The notes under the pieces: generated by a model | What the model saw: only the letters and a program-made list of their open reading frames with translations | What the model was told of the DNA's origin: nothing | The model's database searches: none | Position numbers and translations under genes: made by a program | Shown: piece after piece, positions 62,886 through 64,000 of the stretch | Position numbering within the stretch: the first letter of the stretch is position 1 | Layout of the letters: each line of letters opens with the position of its first letter | From: the human T2T-CHM13v2.0 reference genome, Homo sapiens | Assembly: GCF_009914755.1 (NCBI RefSeq) | Contig: NC_060927.1 | Length of the DNA stretch: 64,000 bases | Direction: 5' to 3' (one strand)

Positions 62886-64000
62886 ATGACAGGATCAAAT
62901 TCACAGGTAACAATATTAACCTTAAATGTAAATGGGCTAAATGCCCCAATTAAAAGACACAGACTGGCAAATTGGATAGAGTCAAGACTCATCGCTGTGC
63001 TATATTCAGGAGACCTATCTCATGTGCAAAGATACACATAGGCTCGAAATAATGGGATAGAGGAAGATTTACCAAGCAAATGGAAAGCAAAAAAAAAAAA
63101 AAAAATGCAGAGGTTGCAATCCTAGTCTGATAAAACATACTTTAAACCAACAAAGATCAAAAAAGACACAGAAGGGCATTGCATAATGGTAAAGGGATCA
63201 ATGCAATAAGAAGAGCTAACTATCTTAAATATATATGCACCCAATACAGGAGCACACAGATTCATAAAGCAAGTTCTTAGAGACCTACAAAAAGACTTAG
63301 ACTCCCACACAATAATAGTGGGAGACTTTAATACCCTGCTGTCAATGTTAGACAGATCAACAAGACAGAAAATTAACAAGGATATTCAGGAATTGAACTC
63401 GGTTCTGGACCAAGTAGACCTAATAGACATCTACAGAACTCTGTACCCCAAATCAACAGAATATACATTCTTCTCAGCACCACATCACACTTATTCCAAA
63501 ATTGACCACATAGTTGGAAGTAAAACACTCCTCAGCAAATGCAAAAGAATGGAAATCATAACAGTCTTTCAGACCACAGTGCAAACAAATTAGAACTCAG
63601 TATTAAGAAATTCACTCAAAACCGCACAGTTACATGGAAACTAAACAAGCCCTCCTGAATGACTACTGGGTAAATAACGAAATTAAGTCAGAAATAATGA
63701 AGTTCTTTCAAACCAATGAGAACAAAGATACAATGTACCTGGATCTCCGGGACACAGCTAAAGCAGTGTTTAGAGGGAGATTTCTAGCACTAAATGCCCA
63801 CAGGAGAAAGCAGGAAAGATATAAAATCAACACCCTAACATTACAATTAAAAGAACTAGAGAAGCAAGAGCAAACACATTCAAAAGCTAGCAGAAGACAA
63901 GAAATAACTAAGATCAGAGTAGAAATGAAGGAGATGGAGACATGGAAAACCCTTCAAAAATTAATGAATCCAGTAGCTTTTTTTTTTTAAAGATTAACAA
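62886..64000 (+). pseudogene. Disabled L1 ORF2 endonuclease region
   Basis: APE-like EN motifs split across several frames; A-run expansion at ~63090. Confidence 0.9.

Larger units (their letters stand above)
61727..64000 (+). mobile_element. L1PA7-type LINE-1, lacking most of the 5' UTR, runs off the window
   Basis: ORF1 remnant (NWTENEFEELTEVGFRRWVITNSSELKEHVLTQCKEAK; LQEIWDYVKRPNLRL) and ORF2 from ATG 62886 (MTGSNSQVTILTLNVNGLNAPIKRHRL; GDFNT; SKIDH). Confidence 0.96.

Noticed and set aside
61727-64000. Potentially active L1
   Set aside because: The promoter is mostly absent, the ORF1 start is lost, and both ORFs carry stops and frameshifts.

Overview
AT-rich, CpG-depleted primate (human-like) genomic DNA that is mostly layered transposable-element relics. 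Retrotransposons include L1 (old L1M/L1MA to L1PA7/8, plus one tiny L1PA2-4-type stub), L2, MIR and five Alus. LTR elements include MaLR LTRs, a full THE1A provirus and a degraded ERV-L provirus (MLT2D LTRs, YIDD RT motif, dUTPase). DNA transposons are MER3, MER1B, Tigger1 and MADE1. I see no credible host protein-coding exon, RNA gene or CpG island; the listed ORFs are repeat-derived or chance. I did not find an undescribed biological system. The most interesting signals are retrotransposition by-products that can be read from target-site duplications (TSDs): a twin-primed L1 with a probable 3' transduction, an L1PA8+L1PA13 chimera inside one TSD, a ~56-bp L1 stub with a double A-tail, and a convergently inverted L1. 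Other points are discordant THE1A LTRs, a DUX4-type motif, and a strong minus-strand bias of L1/LTR elements that suggests an intron of a plus-strand transcript. Subfamily names come from recalled consensus sequences, not from a search, and boundaries of old elements are approximate.
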